Shown here piece after piece: positions 38,131 through 51,509 of a stretch of DNA of 64,000 bases. The DNA lies in assembly GCA_035221665.1 (NCBI GenBank), contig CM069165.1, forward strand, positions 19,220,001-19,284,000, written 5' to 3'. The position numbers and the translations under genes were made by a program. This DNA comes from Okamejei kenojei. Taxonomy: Eukaryota. How positions within the stretch are numbered: the first letter of the stretch is position 1; each line of letters begins with the position of its first letter. The notes under the pieces were generated by a model that did not search any database, was not told the origin of the DNA, and saw only the letters and a program-made list of their open reading frames with translations.

Positions 38131-40119
38131 TAACTCAGAACATCAGGCACCATCTCTGCTGAACATGGATAGGTGGCAGATTGGGACTGTTCTGAATAGT
38201 ATACGAATGGCTTGTCCACTTGGTTTAAATATCTGCAATACTAAATAGCTAATTAATAACAGGTAGGATTATCCCAAACATTTCATATCCTGATGCTTCC
38301 AACAGAATATTTTCACACTGGAGCAGATTAATATTCTACTCAACAGTTGGGAAATGTCGCATTTTGTTTTCAGGATAGTTAAGGATTTGTTGACTGGTTA
38401 TTTTGGCCAGTTCCCTCTGGGCACGTAATCCTCCCCATCAGATTTTACTCTGCGTCTACTCATCTGAAGCTTGATGCACAGAAGGCAACTGTGAAAATGC
38501 AGCTCAGTGTGGTGAAAACAATGCAAAATTCGTCGTGTGCAACAAAAAATTCAAATGCTGGAGTAACTCAGCGGGCCAGGCTGGAGGGGAATGGAAAAAC
38601 AATGTTTCGGGTCGGGACTCTTCTCCTTTGCAAAAAAAAAATATGACCGTACACTTTCACCAATAGCTAAATTCTACATTAGTGTGGCGGACGGGGTGGA
38701 GGAAACTAAACACATCCCATTAGATTGGCTATCCTGCCTAACTTCTTTTCTTTTCATTGGCTTCCATTTTTACACCTAGTCCCCCATTAATGGGGGTTTG
38801 GGGAGGAGGAGAGGGGAGGGGAGTTTAAATTACCCAACATATCTGACCAGGAACCAAAATCACAGTCAGAAACTTAATTTACAGTAGAAACACAAAAAAG
38901 AGATAGAAATGGACACCCACACATAGAGAATCCCTAACACTGACAACATGCTAAACTTTCTCAGCCTGCCTCCGACCACAAGTATTCAAAACCTTACACA
39001 TGAAACAATCAACTCATCCAGAAACATATGATCCCAAACACATGTCCAAACCATTATACATAACCCAACCAAGCCCACTACATATAAAATATCAAAGGCC
39101 GCCAGTCGATATAGACATCTATATACAAAATATCAGTGGCTCATATGTATTCCAGTCCTTCCTCTGCGCACTGATTACTTTAGTATTTCATTCTCTACCA
39201 CCAAACCATGTGAGTTTCAGATATAACTCTTTCAATGTTTCACGACTGGAGTACTAAGAAAAATCTGAATTTGATGAAAGTTTGGATGAAGTGCATTAAC
39301 TCGGTTTTTTCCTCCACAAGTTCTGCCTGACTTGCCGAGTGTTTCCATTGTTTCAGGTTTTTGGCATCTGCAGTTTGTTTTTTGCTTCAGGAAAGCCTAC
39401 ATTCTGATTGATAGAACAACATAAGCCTGATCTGTGGCTTAAATCTAATGAGACGCAGCATATTCAAGTTCTACAGGCACTGTTTAAAGAACTGGTCTCA
39501 ATCAGTTTTGTGTCCAACCATTCCAACATTGGAATAATTCGTAACTAAAAGCAGTCCAGATGAAATAGGTATATGGGCCAGAGACTGAAGAAATGCCTGA
39601 TGAAGGTCCACTTTACAAAAAGTTACCTGTCCATTTTTTCCTCAGATGCTGCCTGGCCCACTAAGTTCCTCCAGCACTTTGTGTTCTGCTCAAGAATGCA
39701 GATCAGTTGGTCCATGGTCATGTGTTAAACACCTTAGCTACATGAATCACCACTTTCTAACATCACGGCTGAAGAATTAGTAACCTTGTTCAATAAGACA
39801 AGGTGGTCAAACACTTTGGTGGATTATAATTGCTCAGATAACTACCAAGACCTGTTGTTGCAATCAGAAGCAGTCATGGAAAATTCCAGAATACCCATGA
39901 TGTAAAATTGCAAGAAAAATACAGCTAAAACAAATAGCAGATGTTTGTTCTGTTTTTAAAATATAAGAGAAAGACTTCCTTAACAAAACAGCAAGTACAT
40001 TCCTAATAAAGTGATCAACAGCCTTTAACATATTGCAATGTAAACAGCATACATCTGATGCCATTAATATTCATATTAATAGATTAGTTAATGCTGAATA
40101 GTGAAACGCAATAGAATGC

Positions 40120-40280
40120 AGCAAAAGTCAAAATGCTGAAGGAATGCAATGGTTTAGGCAATATCTCTGGAGGGAATGTATTTCAGACGGAAGAAGGGTC
40201 CCAACCCAAAATGTCTTCTGTCCATTCCCTCCAAAGATGCTGCCTGGTCAATTGAGTTCCGCCAGCACTTTGTTTTTTGT
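40120..40280. mobile_element. palindromic Penelope-like remnant
   Basis: aaaatgctgaaggaa...tctggagggaatg / cattccctccaaaga...gagttccgccagcacttt around gaagaagggtcccaacccaaaatgtc. Confidence 0.7.
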
Positions 40281-40399
40281 TAATGTTGAATCGTGTTTAC
40301 CATGAAATAGCAATGTTCACAGTAAATGTGAAGCTTGGAGCAGGATTTCAGAAATAAAGGACATAATATGTTTAACAATACAAGGATAGTCACAGCAAC

Positions 40400-41785
40400 C
40401 CAAAAACAAAATGCTGGTGAGACTCAGCAGGTCAAGCAATACCTGGAAAGTGAAAGAAATGGTCAAGTTTGGGTCGAGACCCTGTATCAGATGAGGGAAG
40501 GTAACTGAGGGTGGGGGAGAGGGGGTGGTGGTGGGAAGGGGGTAGAAGGTCATAGGTGTTCCGAGTAGCGGTAGATGAAAGGGGTATGTGTGGAAACAGA
40601 AGAGGTGGAAGCAGATGAGGAAAACTGCAGATGGAGCCAGGAGGAAGGGTGGATGGAGGCAGGCGTGGAACTCGCTCTCAAAATATGGAGGGGATCGGGG
40701 GACGGGGGACACACAATTTTTTGGTGGCCGCTCGCGCATGTGCACACTCACACACACATGCGCGAGGCTTCGGAGGCTCAATCCAGCGCTAAATGCAGCT
40801 CAACTCTGCCTGTCTCGCCAGGTTAACTACAGCCCTGACTGGACTGACGGGACACCAGCGCTGCTTCTCTGCGCTGGCCATATTTCCCGCAAGCCCAGGC
40901 AGGTTCACCTGGCGGGACAGGCAGAGTGAGATGGGTTTAGTGCAGCTTCTCTGCGCTGGCTGTGGGCCTGGGGGTGCCGTGCCCGACTGACTCCCGACCT
41001 CTCTGGCCACCCATGGGAGGGGGTGGCACTAGGGTGGGGACGGGACAGCGCTGGAGACCCGTCCGGGATCGATCCAGGCTGTGGATCAGGCGCAGATCTG
41101 TGCCGCGTCTCCCTCCTCCAATCACCGCACTCTATCCTCAGTCCCACCACCTCCCCCCCACTCCAATCATTGCGCTGAATTATCATGGCCCACCCCCATT
41201 GCCTGCTGACCGACCTCTCTCTTGTCCAATTGGCACCCTCGAAAGCGGAGATTTTAAAATCCGGATGACAAAAACTGGGGGGGGGGGGGGGGGTGGATGT
41301 CCCCCACCTCTCAACACATGGGGGGCACTTGTCCCCTCTGCCCCCCCCCCCCCCCGGGTTTTCCGCCCCTGGGTGAAGGAGAGATAGAATCCGAGGGTAA
41401 TGAGCAGGGATAGACAGCTGGAATCTGAAGAGTAAGGAAGATGCTAATGGGAACCAATTAAGGGAGAGTTGGGGCAGATGGGCAGATGGAACCGGATGGG
41501 AGAGGGGATCGATGGGTGACGTGCAGGCAGCAGGTAGATGGAGCCGGAGGGAGAGGGAGATGAAAATGGATACCGTGGGACTGGGTGTGGGGTATGAGCA
41601 AGAGAACAAAAATAGGAGGACAGAGGGAGAGAGGTATGGGAAGACAGGGGGTAATGGTTCCCCGAAATTGGAAAAGTCAACGTTCATACTGTTTGGTTGT
41701 AGAAATCCCACCTTGGCAGTGGAGAAAGCTGAGGATGGGAGGTTGAAGTGGGAATGTGAAGGCAGGTTGAAATGACATGCAACCT
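40400..41785 (-). mobile_element. Penelope-like 3' end and long terminal repeat, split by a DNA transposon
   Basis: GFLQPNSMNVDFSNF ORF end at ~41660-41710, pyrimidine-rich repeat on the minus strand, ctgatacagggtctcgacccaaac hammerhead remnant near 40465-40490. Confidence 0.8.
40660..41371. mobile_element. GC-rich non-autonomous DNA transposon, hAT-like
   Basis: Ends CAGGCGTGGAA and (rc) CAGGGGCGGAA; 8-bp flanks gatggagg / ggtgaagg (6/8); subterminal ggggac motifs; CpG-rich; interrupts the host repeat. Confidence 0.65.
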
Positions 41786-42349
41786 ATATTTTCGGATGGC
41801 TAAAGGTCAAGGCATTTTACGCATTTTCACAACGTACATATTTTCCAAGATCAGCAAATGCATTTAGTGACATTGATGGTAACTCAATCATCAGATTGCA
41901 GGTTTTGCAATAATTACTGGTTAGCACCTGAACAAACAGGAAATAGAAGTCTTAAACTTTAATTCATATTTGCAATTTAACCAGTGAAAATTAAATCTGC
42001 AGTATAAAGATGTAGAGATGTTCGACTTGATCGTGGGGTCTGTCTTTGCCTTGAGACGCCTGATGCATGAAATGACCTGAAGGCAACAATGCTGAATGCC
42101 TTTTCAAAGCAATTGAAGCCAGCAATATATAAACATGTTATGGAAGCATATGAAAGATATGAGAAAAATCTGTCTGTCTGTCTATCTGCCTGCACTTTTC
42201 CTATGTGAGGACTCTTTAAATTCTTGCATGCATTAATCTATTACCATTTAAGCAAAATTCTGCTTTTATATTCTTGTTACAAAAGTGGATTATACCATAT
42301 CTGGAAGGGATCCGGTACCAGAAAAAGAAGGATGATGGAACCAGACAGA

Positions 42350-42475
42350 GTCCTAGGCGTCATACAGCACGGAAACAGGCCCTTCTGCCCAATATGCCCA
42401 CACCGACCAAGATACCCCATCTGCATGAGTCCCGCCTGCCTGTGTTTGGACCATATCCTTCTAAACTGTTCCAAT
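42350..42475 (-). mobile_element. CR1 3' tail
   Basis: gtcatacagcacggaaacaggcccttc...ccatatccttctaaac. Confidence 0.8.
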
Positions 42476-43867
42476 CGTAGGTGGGGGAGGGAATAGCTAG
42501 GACGATGCATGTGGAAATGGAGAAGAGAGATCTGTGTGACTCAATTAACTTGCACCTTTTGTTATCTCTGTTGACGATGTCCACATCCTTCTAGCAGCAA
42601 CGGTTATAGTCTAGTAAATGAAACTTGTGGAGCATAGGGGCGGGAAAGAGAAGGATTGCTCTGACTGAGAGCTAGAAGTGGCATGATGGACCAAAAGACA
42701 TTCGGCATCATTAGAAGCTAACCAAGAAGATTTGTTAAATTATGTTACAGGTTTTTTGACTCCACAACGGGTAACACAGCAGAGCTGTTGCCCAACCTCC
42801 AGTGCTGCCTGCATTGAGTTTGCACAATCTTCCTGGGAATAAGATGGGATTAATGCAAGACTGTGTGCCGTGTTTGTGGACTCATGAAAACTCGTGTTTT
42901 CATGCTACATGACTTTATGACCTCTGTTCTAACCTGCAATGAACCACAGAAGTACTAGAAGTGTAATTTTTAAATCCAATGACATAAGTGTTGTTTCAAA
43001 TACCTTGTAATGTTTCTGATTATTGTATGAAGTTGGGTGTGAAGTTTACTTTGAAACAAATTTAATTACCGAACAGTTACCTGGTTTTTATTAACTCCAG
43101 AAGAAGCCAAATCCAAGATAGCCACAAGAACCAACTGCAGAGAACTATACTTAAAATAAGTTTAAAACTTCAATAAACTATCCCAAAATGTGAAATTTGA
43201 CACAGGCACCGAGGAAAGGGGAGAATTGTCCAGGGTGCACATAATTAGCTGATATTCTTCTGCATTCCTACATGGAATTCCATGTATAATAAGTTAAAAT
43301 AACTGAAACAAAATTCACATTTCTTTAATCAACGTAAACCAGACGTGAACAACTAGCGCCCACAATTCACTGTAAATCAACAGAAAGACTGTGGAAATGA
43401 ATAATTCCAGCAGTAGAAGTTGATTTTGTCACGCAGGAGGTCTGGAAAGATCAGGACCACCGTGATGTCCACGCCCCAGAGAGTAGCGTACAATGGACGT
43501 TTCTGTGAGGTCACAAAAAGATCTCCTGTAATAAGGGAACCCGACAGGATGCCAGAAAATGGTTCAGTGACATCAAAAGGGCAAAAGGAAAACACTGCAC
43601 TAGGATGCTTGCCTTATTCTGCTCCAGAGTGGGAGAACACCCACCTTGAGAACACCAGTACCTGCTGAGGTTAAGAGTGGCAAAACTGTTTTAAATGGAG
43701 CATTTGTAAGAATCTGAAGCTTAGGACATTGATAAATCCACCTGGGGTTTGAGTGAGTGAACCATCATTAATTCAAGTGTAACAATCCATTGAAGCATGC
43801 GGATTATAATGTTCAATACAAAGTGACTTACACTCTTAATTTTGACCTTCAGAATTGCTTGAATGAT

Positions 43868-45782
43868 GTCATAGAGTCATAGAGTGATACAGCCCTTCAG
43901 CCCAACTTGCCCACACCGGCCAACAGTGTTCCAATACACTAGTCCCACCTGCCTGCTCTTGGTCCCTATCCCTCCAAACCTGTCCTATCCATGTATCTGT
44001 CTAATTGTTTCTTAAACAGTGGGATAGTTCCAGCCTCAACTACCACCTCTGGTAGCTTGTTCCATACACCCACCACCCTTTGTGTGAAGAAGTTACCCTT
44101 CGGATTCCTATTAAATCTTTCCCCCTTCACCGATGTCCTCTGGTCATCGATTCCCCTACTCTGGGCAAGAGGCTCTGTGCATCTACCCGATCTATACCTC
44201 TCATGATTTTGTACACCTCTATAAGATATCCCCTCATCCTCCTGTGCTCCATGGAATAGAGACCCAGCCTACTCAACCTCTCCCTGTAGCTCACACCCTC
44301 TAGTCCTGGCAACATCCTCGTAAATCTTTTCTGAACCCTTTCAAGCTTGACAATATATTTCCTATAATATGGTGCCCAGAACTGAACACAATATTCTAAA
44401 TGCGGTCTCACCAATGTCTTATACAACTGCAACATGACCTCCCAACTTCTATACTCAATACTCTGACTCATGAAGGTCAATGTGCCAAAAGCCTTTTTGA
44501 CCACCTTATCCACCTGCGACTCGACCTTCAAGGAACCATGCATCTGTACTCCTAAATTCCTCTACCTTACAAGACTACCCAAAGGCCTACCATTTACTGC
44601 GTAGGACCTGCCCTTGTTCGACGTCCCAAGATGCAACACCTCACACTTCTCTGCATTAAATTCCATCAACCATTCCTACGCCCTCCTGGCCAATCGATCC
44701 AGACCCTGCTGCAATCTTTCACAACCATCTTCACTATCTGCGAAACCATTCAATTTTGTATCATCAACAAACTTGCTAATCCTGCCCTGTATGTTCTCAT
44801 CCAAATCATTGGTGTAGATGACAAACAGTAACGGGCCCAGCACTAAACCCTGAGGCACACCACTAGTCACAAGACTCCAGTCCGAGAAGTGACATTCCAC
44901 CATCACTCTTCCATGGAGCCAATTTGCTATCCGTTCAACTATCTCGCCTTGGATCCCATGCAATCTAACCTTCCAGAGCAGCCGACTATGCGGAACCTTG
45001 TTGAATGCCTTACTGAAATCCATGTACACAACATCTGCCCGCATTGACCTTTTTGGTCACATCTTCAAAAAAAATCAATCACATTTGTGAGACACGACCT
45101 CCCACATACATGCTGACTATCCCTAATCAGCCCTTGCCCATCCAAACGCCTGTATAACCTATCCCTCAGAATACTCTCCAGTAACTTACCAACTACAGAT
45201 GTTAAGCTCGCCAGTCTATAGTGCCCAGCATTTTCCCTGCAGCCATTCTTGAAAAGAGGCACAGCATTTGCCATCCTCCAGTCTTCCGGCACCTCTCCTG
45301 TATTTAAGGACGACTCGTAAATTTCAACCAGGGCCCCTGCAATTTCCTCTCTAGTTTCCCACAATGTCCTTGGATATATCTGATCAGGCCCTGGAGATTT
45401 ATCGACCTACCTTCATACACAACAGTACATTCAGTACTTCTTCAACGGTAACACTGACTGCTCTCAAGCCATTTCCATTGACTGCTCTAAGTTCCTCCAT
45501 CCTACTGTCTTTGTCCTTGGTAAATACAGAAGAGAAATACTCATTGAGGACCTTGCCCATCTCCCGTGGCTCCACACAGAGGTGACCGCTTTGATTCCTG
45601 AGAGGTCCCACTCTCTCTCTCTAATTACCCTTTTACCCACTATGTATTTATAAAATATTTTGGGATTGTCCTTAAGAGCTATCTCCTGGCTCCTTTTTGC
45701 CCTTCTGATCATATTTTTCAGTTTACTCCTTAGCTCCCGAAACTCCTCCAGAGATGCACTTGATCCCAGCTGCCTATACCTG
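43868..45782 (-). mobile_element. CR1 LINE ORF2 (RT) pseudogene, ~1.9 kb, 5'-truncated
   Basis: VPEDWRMANAVPLFK, YMDFSKAF, SGVPQGLVLGPLLF, KFVDDTK and LVRPHLEYCVQFW motifs; (ctctatga)n tail. Confidence 0.96.
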
Positions 45783-47019
45783 TCTATATCACTCTGACCA
45801 TAAAGATAACAGCATCAACACCACCAAACATATTTGTGTACAATATTCACTCAAGACTAATGTCATTAACGATTGTTTCATGCTGGTGTTTTGGTGGAAA
45901 TTAATACAATGCTCTACTCTTTTATCGTTTGTCTGAACTTGACATTGTTTGGTTCACAGCTTCAATAAAATATCTCCAGAAGTCAAAATGACTTTGGATC
46001 CGTACCAAATTATGAAACGCAAGGATCCTTAAGGGGACAATATGTTTTGTAAGTGGGAACATGAAGATCTATTTTAAATTATGAACCGCCAACACTTCTC
46101 AATATGAAGCATATGAAATACCTAAAAACCCCAACACTAAGCTTCAAAGCCTTGTTGGATGATTAAAAAAGACTGGGTGGCTAAAGTCTCTAGACACTTC
46201 TGAAAAACATTAGGAATCCGTTTTTTAAATTTTTAGTTTATTTCTTTATAAGTTAGTTGTATTTACATTAATGACTTGCATACAAACTGATATGGAAAAA
46301 TGTGGTACATTTTGCAATGTTTGAAATGAAATGCATATTTGTGACCAAAACAATCCAACTCTAATTTGGACAGTGAGGACAACAATAAAGGAAACTGGTA
46401 CAAAATACCTTGGACATAGTTTGAGATCTCCCCGCTCCTTAGATAACATATGGAATAGACTTACAGACTTGAGGTGAAATAACACCTCCAAGTGGCTCTG
46501 GTACTGAGAAGGACTGAAGATTACAGTGGTAATAATAGCAATGTTTGAATTTTCACAGGGAACAGAAGGAGCCCAGTATTCCTGAAATTAGGATCAACAG
46601 GTTGTGCAGCAAGGGGCAGTATTCGACGAAGTCATGTCCATAACTGAAGAGTTATACATGTCCTCTGGGGAATGGGTTCAATGAGGCGAATAACCTTCTA
46701 CAATATTCTTAATTCCTTGCACATTCCACTTCGGCAAATAAATTGTTCTCCAATTCCGCATGTCCTAACTGCCACACTGCATTATTGTAAGAAAATCTGC
46801 AAAACGCCTTCACCATAGCAGTAGATGGTTCTGGAGGTTGAAGCAAAAATAAGCTAACTTTAGTTTTGCAAATGCTTTAAAGGTTGTAGTTCTGTCCAGG
46901 AAAACACCATGTATGACGTACTAACATTGAAATTCAGGGAGAAAATATTTCCTCACCACTAATATAAGGCTCACCAGCCTATATGTTCCTGAAATATCCC
47001 AATTGCCTTTCTTAAACAA

Positions 47020-48400
47020 AAAAAAACAGACAGGTTATTCTCCAATCTTCTGAGGCTTTACCTGTGGCTAAAGAGGATACAATGCCCGAGCTAACTCAAG
47101 CTTGCCTTTCTCAATATGTTGAATAGATTCTATCAGAATCCCTGGATTTATCCACCTTAATGCTCGTCAAGAGATCCAATACGTCCTCCTTCTTAATATC
47201 AACATGCTAAAGAATATCAGTACATCCGTCTCTGTTACCACCATCATTCATGTTCTTCTCCTTGGTGAATAATAACACATTTTGCATCTCGTCCACTTCC
47301 TATGGCTCCAGACTTAAATTCCGTTAATTGTCCGTAAATGGACATACCCTTTTCCTCATTATACCCTCTTGTTTTTATATGTAAAATGCCTTGGGATTTG
47401 CCTTAATTCTACTTGCCAAGGACATTTCATGGCCCCTTTTAGCTCTCCTGGTTTCTTATTTGTTCTTTCCAGCTTCATTTATACTCCTCAAATGCATTGT
47501 CTGATTTCAGCATCCTACACCTCACATATGCTTCCTTTTTCTTTCTGACTAAACATTCAACATCTCCTGTCATCCAAGGTTCTTGAACCTTACCATTCCT
47601 ATCTTTCATCATCACAGGAACATGCTGGTCCTGAATTCTAACCAGCTGGTCTTTAAAAGACTCCCACATGTTAGATATGGATTTACCCAATAACAGATGT
47701 TTCCAATCTATCTCCCCGGTTACTGTTCTAATATTGTTGTAATTACCTCTCCCCATTTAGCACTTTCTCTCCCTCCTGTCTTATCTCATTCATAATTAAA
47801 ACTCACTTATGGTCACTGTTTCCAAAGTTTTCTCCCACTGAAACTCAGACCATCTGGCCAAGCACATTTTCCAACCCAAGGTCCAGTTTGGCCCCTATCT
47901 ACATACTGTTTCAAGAAGCCCTCTTAGATGCATGTAACACATTTGGCCCATCTTAGCCATTGGCTGTAATGAGTCCCACAGTCAATCTTGAGAAAATTAA
48001 GACCTCCCATTACAACATCTTTGTTGTTTTTACATCTTTCCATAGTCTGTCTACACATCTGTATCTCAGCTGGGTGGCCTATAATATAATCCCATCATAG
48101 TGATTGCATCTTTCCTTTTGCTGTGTTCAATCCATATTGCCTCCCAAGATGAGCCCTTGACAATGTCTTCTAAATATTCTTTCTGATCAATAGTACAGCC
48201 CCTACACCTCTTTTACACCCCTCACCACTTAAAAATTAAACTGTGGAACATTTGAGCTGTCAGCCTTGCCCTTTGCTCAACAGGTATCTGTGAAGGCCAC
48301 AACATAGTTGATCCATGTACTAATCCAGGCTCTAAGTTCAGCAACATTCCCCGTAATATTCCTTGAATTGACATAAAAACACTTCAGACTGTCAGTCCTA
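47020..48400 (-). mobile_element. older CR1 ORF2 fragment (endonuclease to linker)
   Basis: IDWKHLLLGKSISNMWESFKDQLVRIQDQHVP...EPWMT...LVRKKKEAY. Confidence 0.85.
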
Positions 48401-48436
48401 CCCTGCTCAATAAATAGCTAATATTTACTAGTCTGT

Positions 48437-48830
48437 TCTTAGCACTCACAAAATGCAACACCCCACATGTATCTGGATTAAACTGCCTCAGCCCATTTCA
48501 ACAACACATAAATATCATTCTGTAGCCTCACACTACCCTCCACACTGTCCACAACTCCACCATACCTTCCATAACTCCCCCAAGTCTGAAGAAGAGTCTC
48601 GACCTGAAACGTCACCCATTTCTTCTCTCCAGAGATGCTGTCCGTCCCGCTGAGTTACTCCAGCATTGTGTCTATCTTCCTCAATACTACCTCAGATTCT
48701 GCCATTCATGATGGATGTCCTAACATCCTTTGCATTCACAAAATGCAACAGCTCATATGTATCTGGATTCAACTGCCTCTGCCATTTCTCAGCCCACTTC
48801 AACAACACATCAACATCACCTTGTAGCCTG
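48437..48830. repeat. two diverged copies of a ~95-bp CR1-derived segment with a Penelope-like repeat between them
   Basis: tcacaaaatgcaaca...atgtatctggatt.aactgcctc...caacaacacat...tgtagcct at 48437-48527 and 48727-48830; hammerhead core at 48586-48613. Confidence 0.75.
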
Positions 48831-50106
48831 CAGGTAGGTGGCTGCTGGCAGCCTATTTACCACTGAAGCCTGAAGCTCTGTCATGCAGCACCAGACACGA
48901 CCTGCATGAGGAGAATCAGCTTGACCAGCGCTCTGCATCCAGCCTAGATAAGTCTAGGCAGCCGAGACCAAGGCGACAAGTCTAGGCAGCAGAACTCATC
49001 CTGCTCAATTATTCCCATTATGACTAACTTTATATTCCACATATCATTCCATAATCCAGGAAAGACAGGCCTATGCGGAAACTACATTAACACTTTAAAT
49101 GCATTTTTAGAGTAGCAATTTTTAAACCTTGCAAATTAAAATACATTGAAACGGAAGTAATTCAACAGGTTATTTCAATTTGAGAAAAGGACATTAGTAT
49201 TTGGCCAAGAGAAATGAAACAAAATGATAGCTTAATATTGAATTATATATGAATATTGTTAAGTGCGCTCCTTTATTCTGAAAATTGCAGCTCCTTCTGA
49301 TCTTTGCATCGACCAGGATATATGGTCGCATGTTGTTCATTAGCGATTGCCTGCTTGTTTATTTAGAAAACGAATCTGCGTGTGAAGACAAATATACTTC
49401 GAAGAAGCATGGAGAGGGAAATTTCTATAATGATGGTCATTAGGCAAAATTACAAGTGTGCATGCGAGGTTCAATAACTCTGCACTTACTGGGAAATGCG
49501 GTGGCAACCCTTCATCAAAAGCCGAACAGAAATAATCCATTATTTTGCAGTGTTCTCCCACTAGAAAGATTGCCAAACATGGACTCTCAGCCCAGCATCC
49601 TAGCCTTCAGATGTTCCCAGGGATACATAAGTAAGCCTAGTTACCTTCAAGCAGACACTTTAAATTTAGAACAAGGTCATGAACCGTGCTGGATAGGGCA
49701 GACAAGAGGCAAGTGAGACGACGCAATATGAGAAGCATGCACAGTTAGCACCAAACGAAGTGGGAATGACGTGCTGCTCCAATAAAGAGTGTACAGGACA
49801 GAATGGTGCCACAGGAGACTATTATAAACCGAGCATTGCAGCAATAGTTACAGCACAATATCACTTCAGATTTATTACCATGCTTTGAACTTTTTTCTGA
49901 GCCAACTGGGAACACCTTATTCTCTGCATTATTCGCCACGTCAAACCAGCAGTGCTAGGAAATGGATGTTTTCTTTGTCACTGAGACATACCTTGTAAAT
50001 CTAGTTATGGCACCACTTGGGTGCAATGCAATATTTCACACTGTTAAAACGTGTGCCTCTTTGCAGTCGTGTGGCAGTTTACATGCACACCTAATGGGAA
50101 TCCCAT

Positions 50107-50190
50107 TCTGAAGGGTCCTGACCCAAAACATCACCTATCCATGTTCTCCAGAGATGCTGCCTAACCCGCTGAGTTACTACAGCACTCTGT
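50107..50190 (+). mobile_element. Penelope-like terminal repeat fragment
   Basis: gaagggtcctgacccaaaacatcacctatccatgttctccagagatgctgcc. Confidence 0.75.
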
Positions 50191-50214
50191 TCCCATGGTG
50201 GATAATGGCTGGTT

Positions 50215-50636
50215 CATCACAGCCCCCCCCCCCATCAAAGAGAACTTTAGGAGGCGCTGCCTCAAAAAGGTTGACAGCATCATCAAGGACCCACAACACC
50301 CTGAAAATCAATTCACTCCTGTCATCGGGATGAAGGTATAGGAGTCTGAAAACGGTAACCGCCAGGTTCAGGAACAGCTTCTTCCCAACAACCATCAGAT
50401 TATTGAACACCACAACACCAACTAAACTTTGAGCTACAAACTGTCTTGGTTGCACTCGGGACTTTGGGTTTTTGTTTTGTTTTAGTTTTTATAACTGTTG
50501 AACTCTTCCTTTGCTCTTTTGTTATGTTATCTATAGAGTACCGTGTTTATGAATCTGTTGTGCTGCTGCAAGTAAGAATTTCAAGGTTCTGTTTCTGGTG
50601 CATATGACAATTAAACACTCTTGACTCTTTTGATTC
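50215..50636 (+). mobile_element. Rex1/Babar-like LINE 3' end
   Basis: RCLKK..SIIKDP.HP...LLSSG.RYRSLKT.TARFRNSFFPTTIRLLN followed by the 3' UTR and cttgact tail. Confidence 0.85.
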
Positions 50637-51509
50637 TTCATAAACCCATGTAAGTTCACCTCTCTATGTCCTTCGGTCCATAGAAAACTGTCCAGCCTAT
50701 CCAACTTCACCTTATAGCTCAAGTCCTCGAGTTCAGGCAATATTCCTGTAAATCTTTTCTGCTTCCCCTCGATCACGGACACGTAATATTAAATGGCTGA
50801 GTGGCAAGTGTAAGTGCAGATGAATTCAGGTGTTAGGGAGCATTCATGGTGCTGAAATGTGTACTACCGTTGGCCTGAGATATGCACATTCAAAGAGGTT
50901 GCACTGCAAACATTAATATGGATGTCTCAGGTTTGAATATGCTGTCCAAAATACATGAATGTTCAATTAGAATTTGGGTTCCAAAGTTGCTTCTTAAGCA
51001 AAGTTTTTAAAGTAAATTTTAATTGACTTCAGCACATGGACCTCATCTCTGCATGGACCTCAGTGCTCCAAATAAATACTAATTGCCAATTTGGGCTTTA
51101 GCTCTTCATCATTGCAAATTAATTGGAATGTGTATATTTATTTTCAGTAACAATAATTAGGCAATTGGACCAACAATTCAAAAGACAAGAGTTGAATTCA
51201 TCCATGATAATTTGTCATACTAGACAGATTTGTTAAGAATTAGTCAGAGGCTAGGGCAAAGCAGATAAAAACTACTAGATTGTTATAAAACTCCAACTGA
51301 TTAATTGATTACAAGCGGGAAAATGGGCATCATCACTATCTAATCTGTTCAATACATGACTCCATGTCTACACTGTAAACTCTTGAAGCTTTTACTTCAG
51401 CAACCCTGCCAAATATGGAAGGAAAATAAATGTGTCCTTGTTGATGTTCCATGGCCAATATTCTGAGAAATCTGTTCAATACACCAGCCACGGAGTTTTA
51501 GACCCTGTA

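Noticed and set aside
38790-38825. G-rich tract with G-quadruplex potential (also G/C runs at 15262-15275 and 41277-41355)
   Set aside because: Low-complexity runs with no positional link to exons or promoters.
40905-41711. 268-aa Pro/Ser-rich ORF
   Set aside because: Runs across a Penelope-like repeat and a nested GC-rich transposon; open because of low stop density.
48949-48992. Short direct repeat aagtctaggcagc x2 (also aatctgttcaataca at about 51342 and 51469)
   Set aside because: Isolated local duplications with no recognisable insert or structure.
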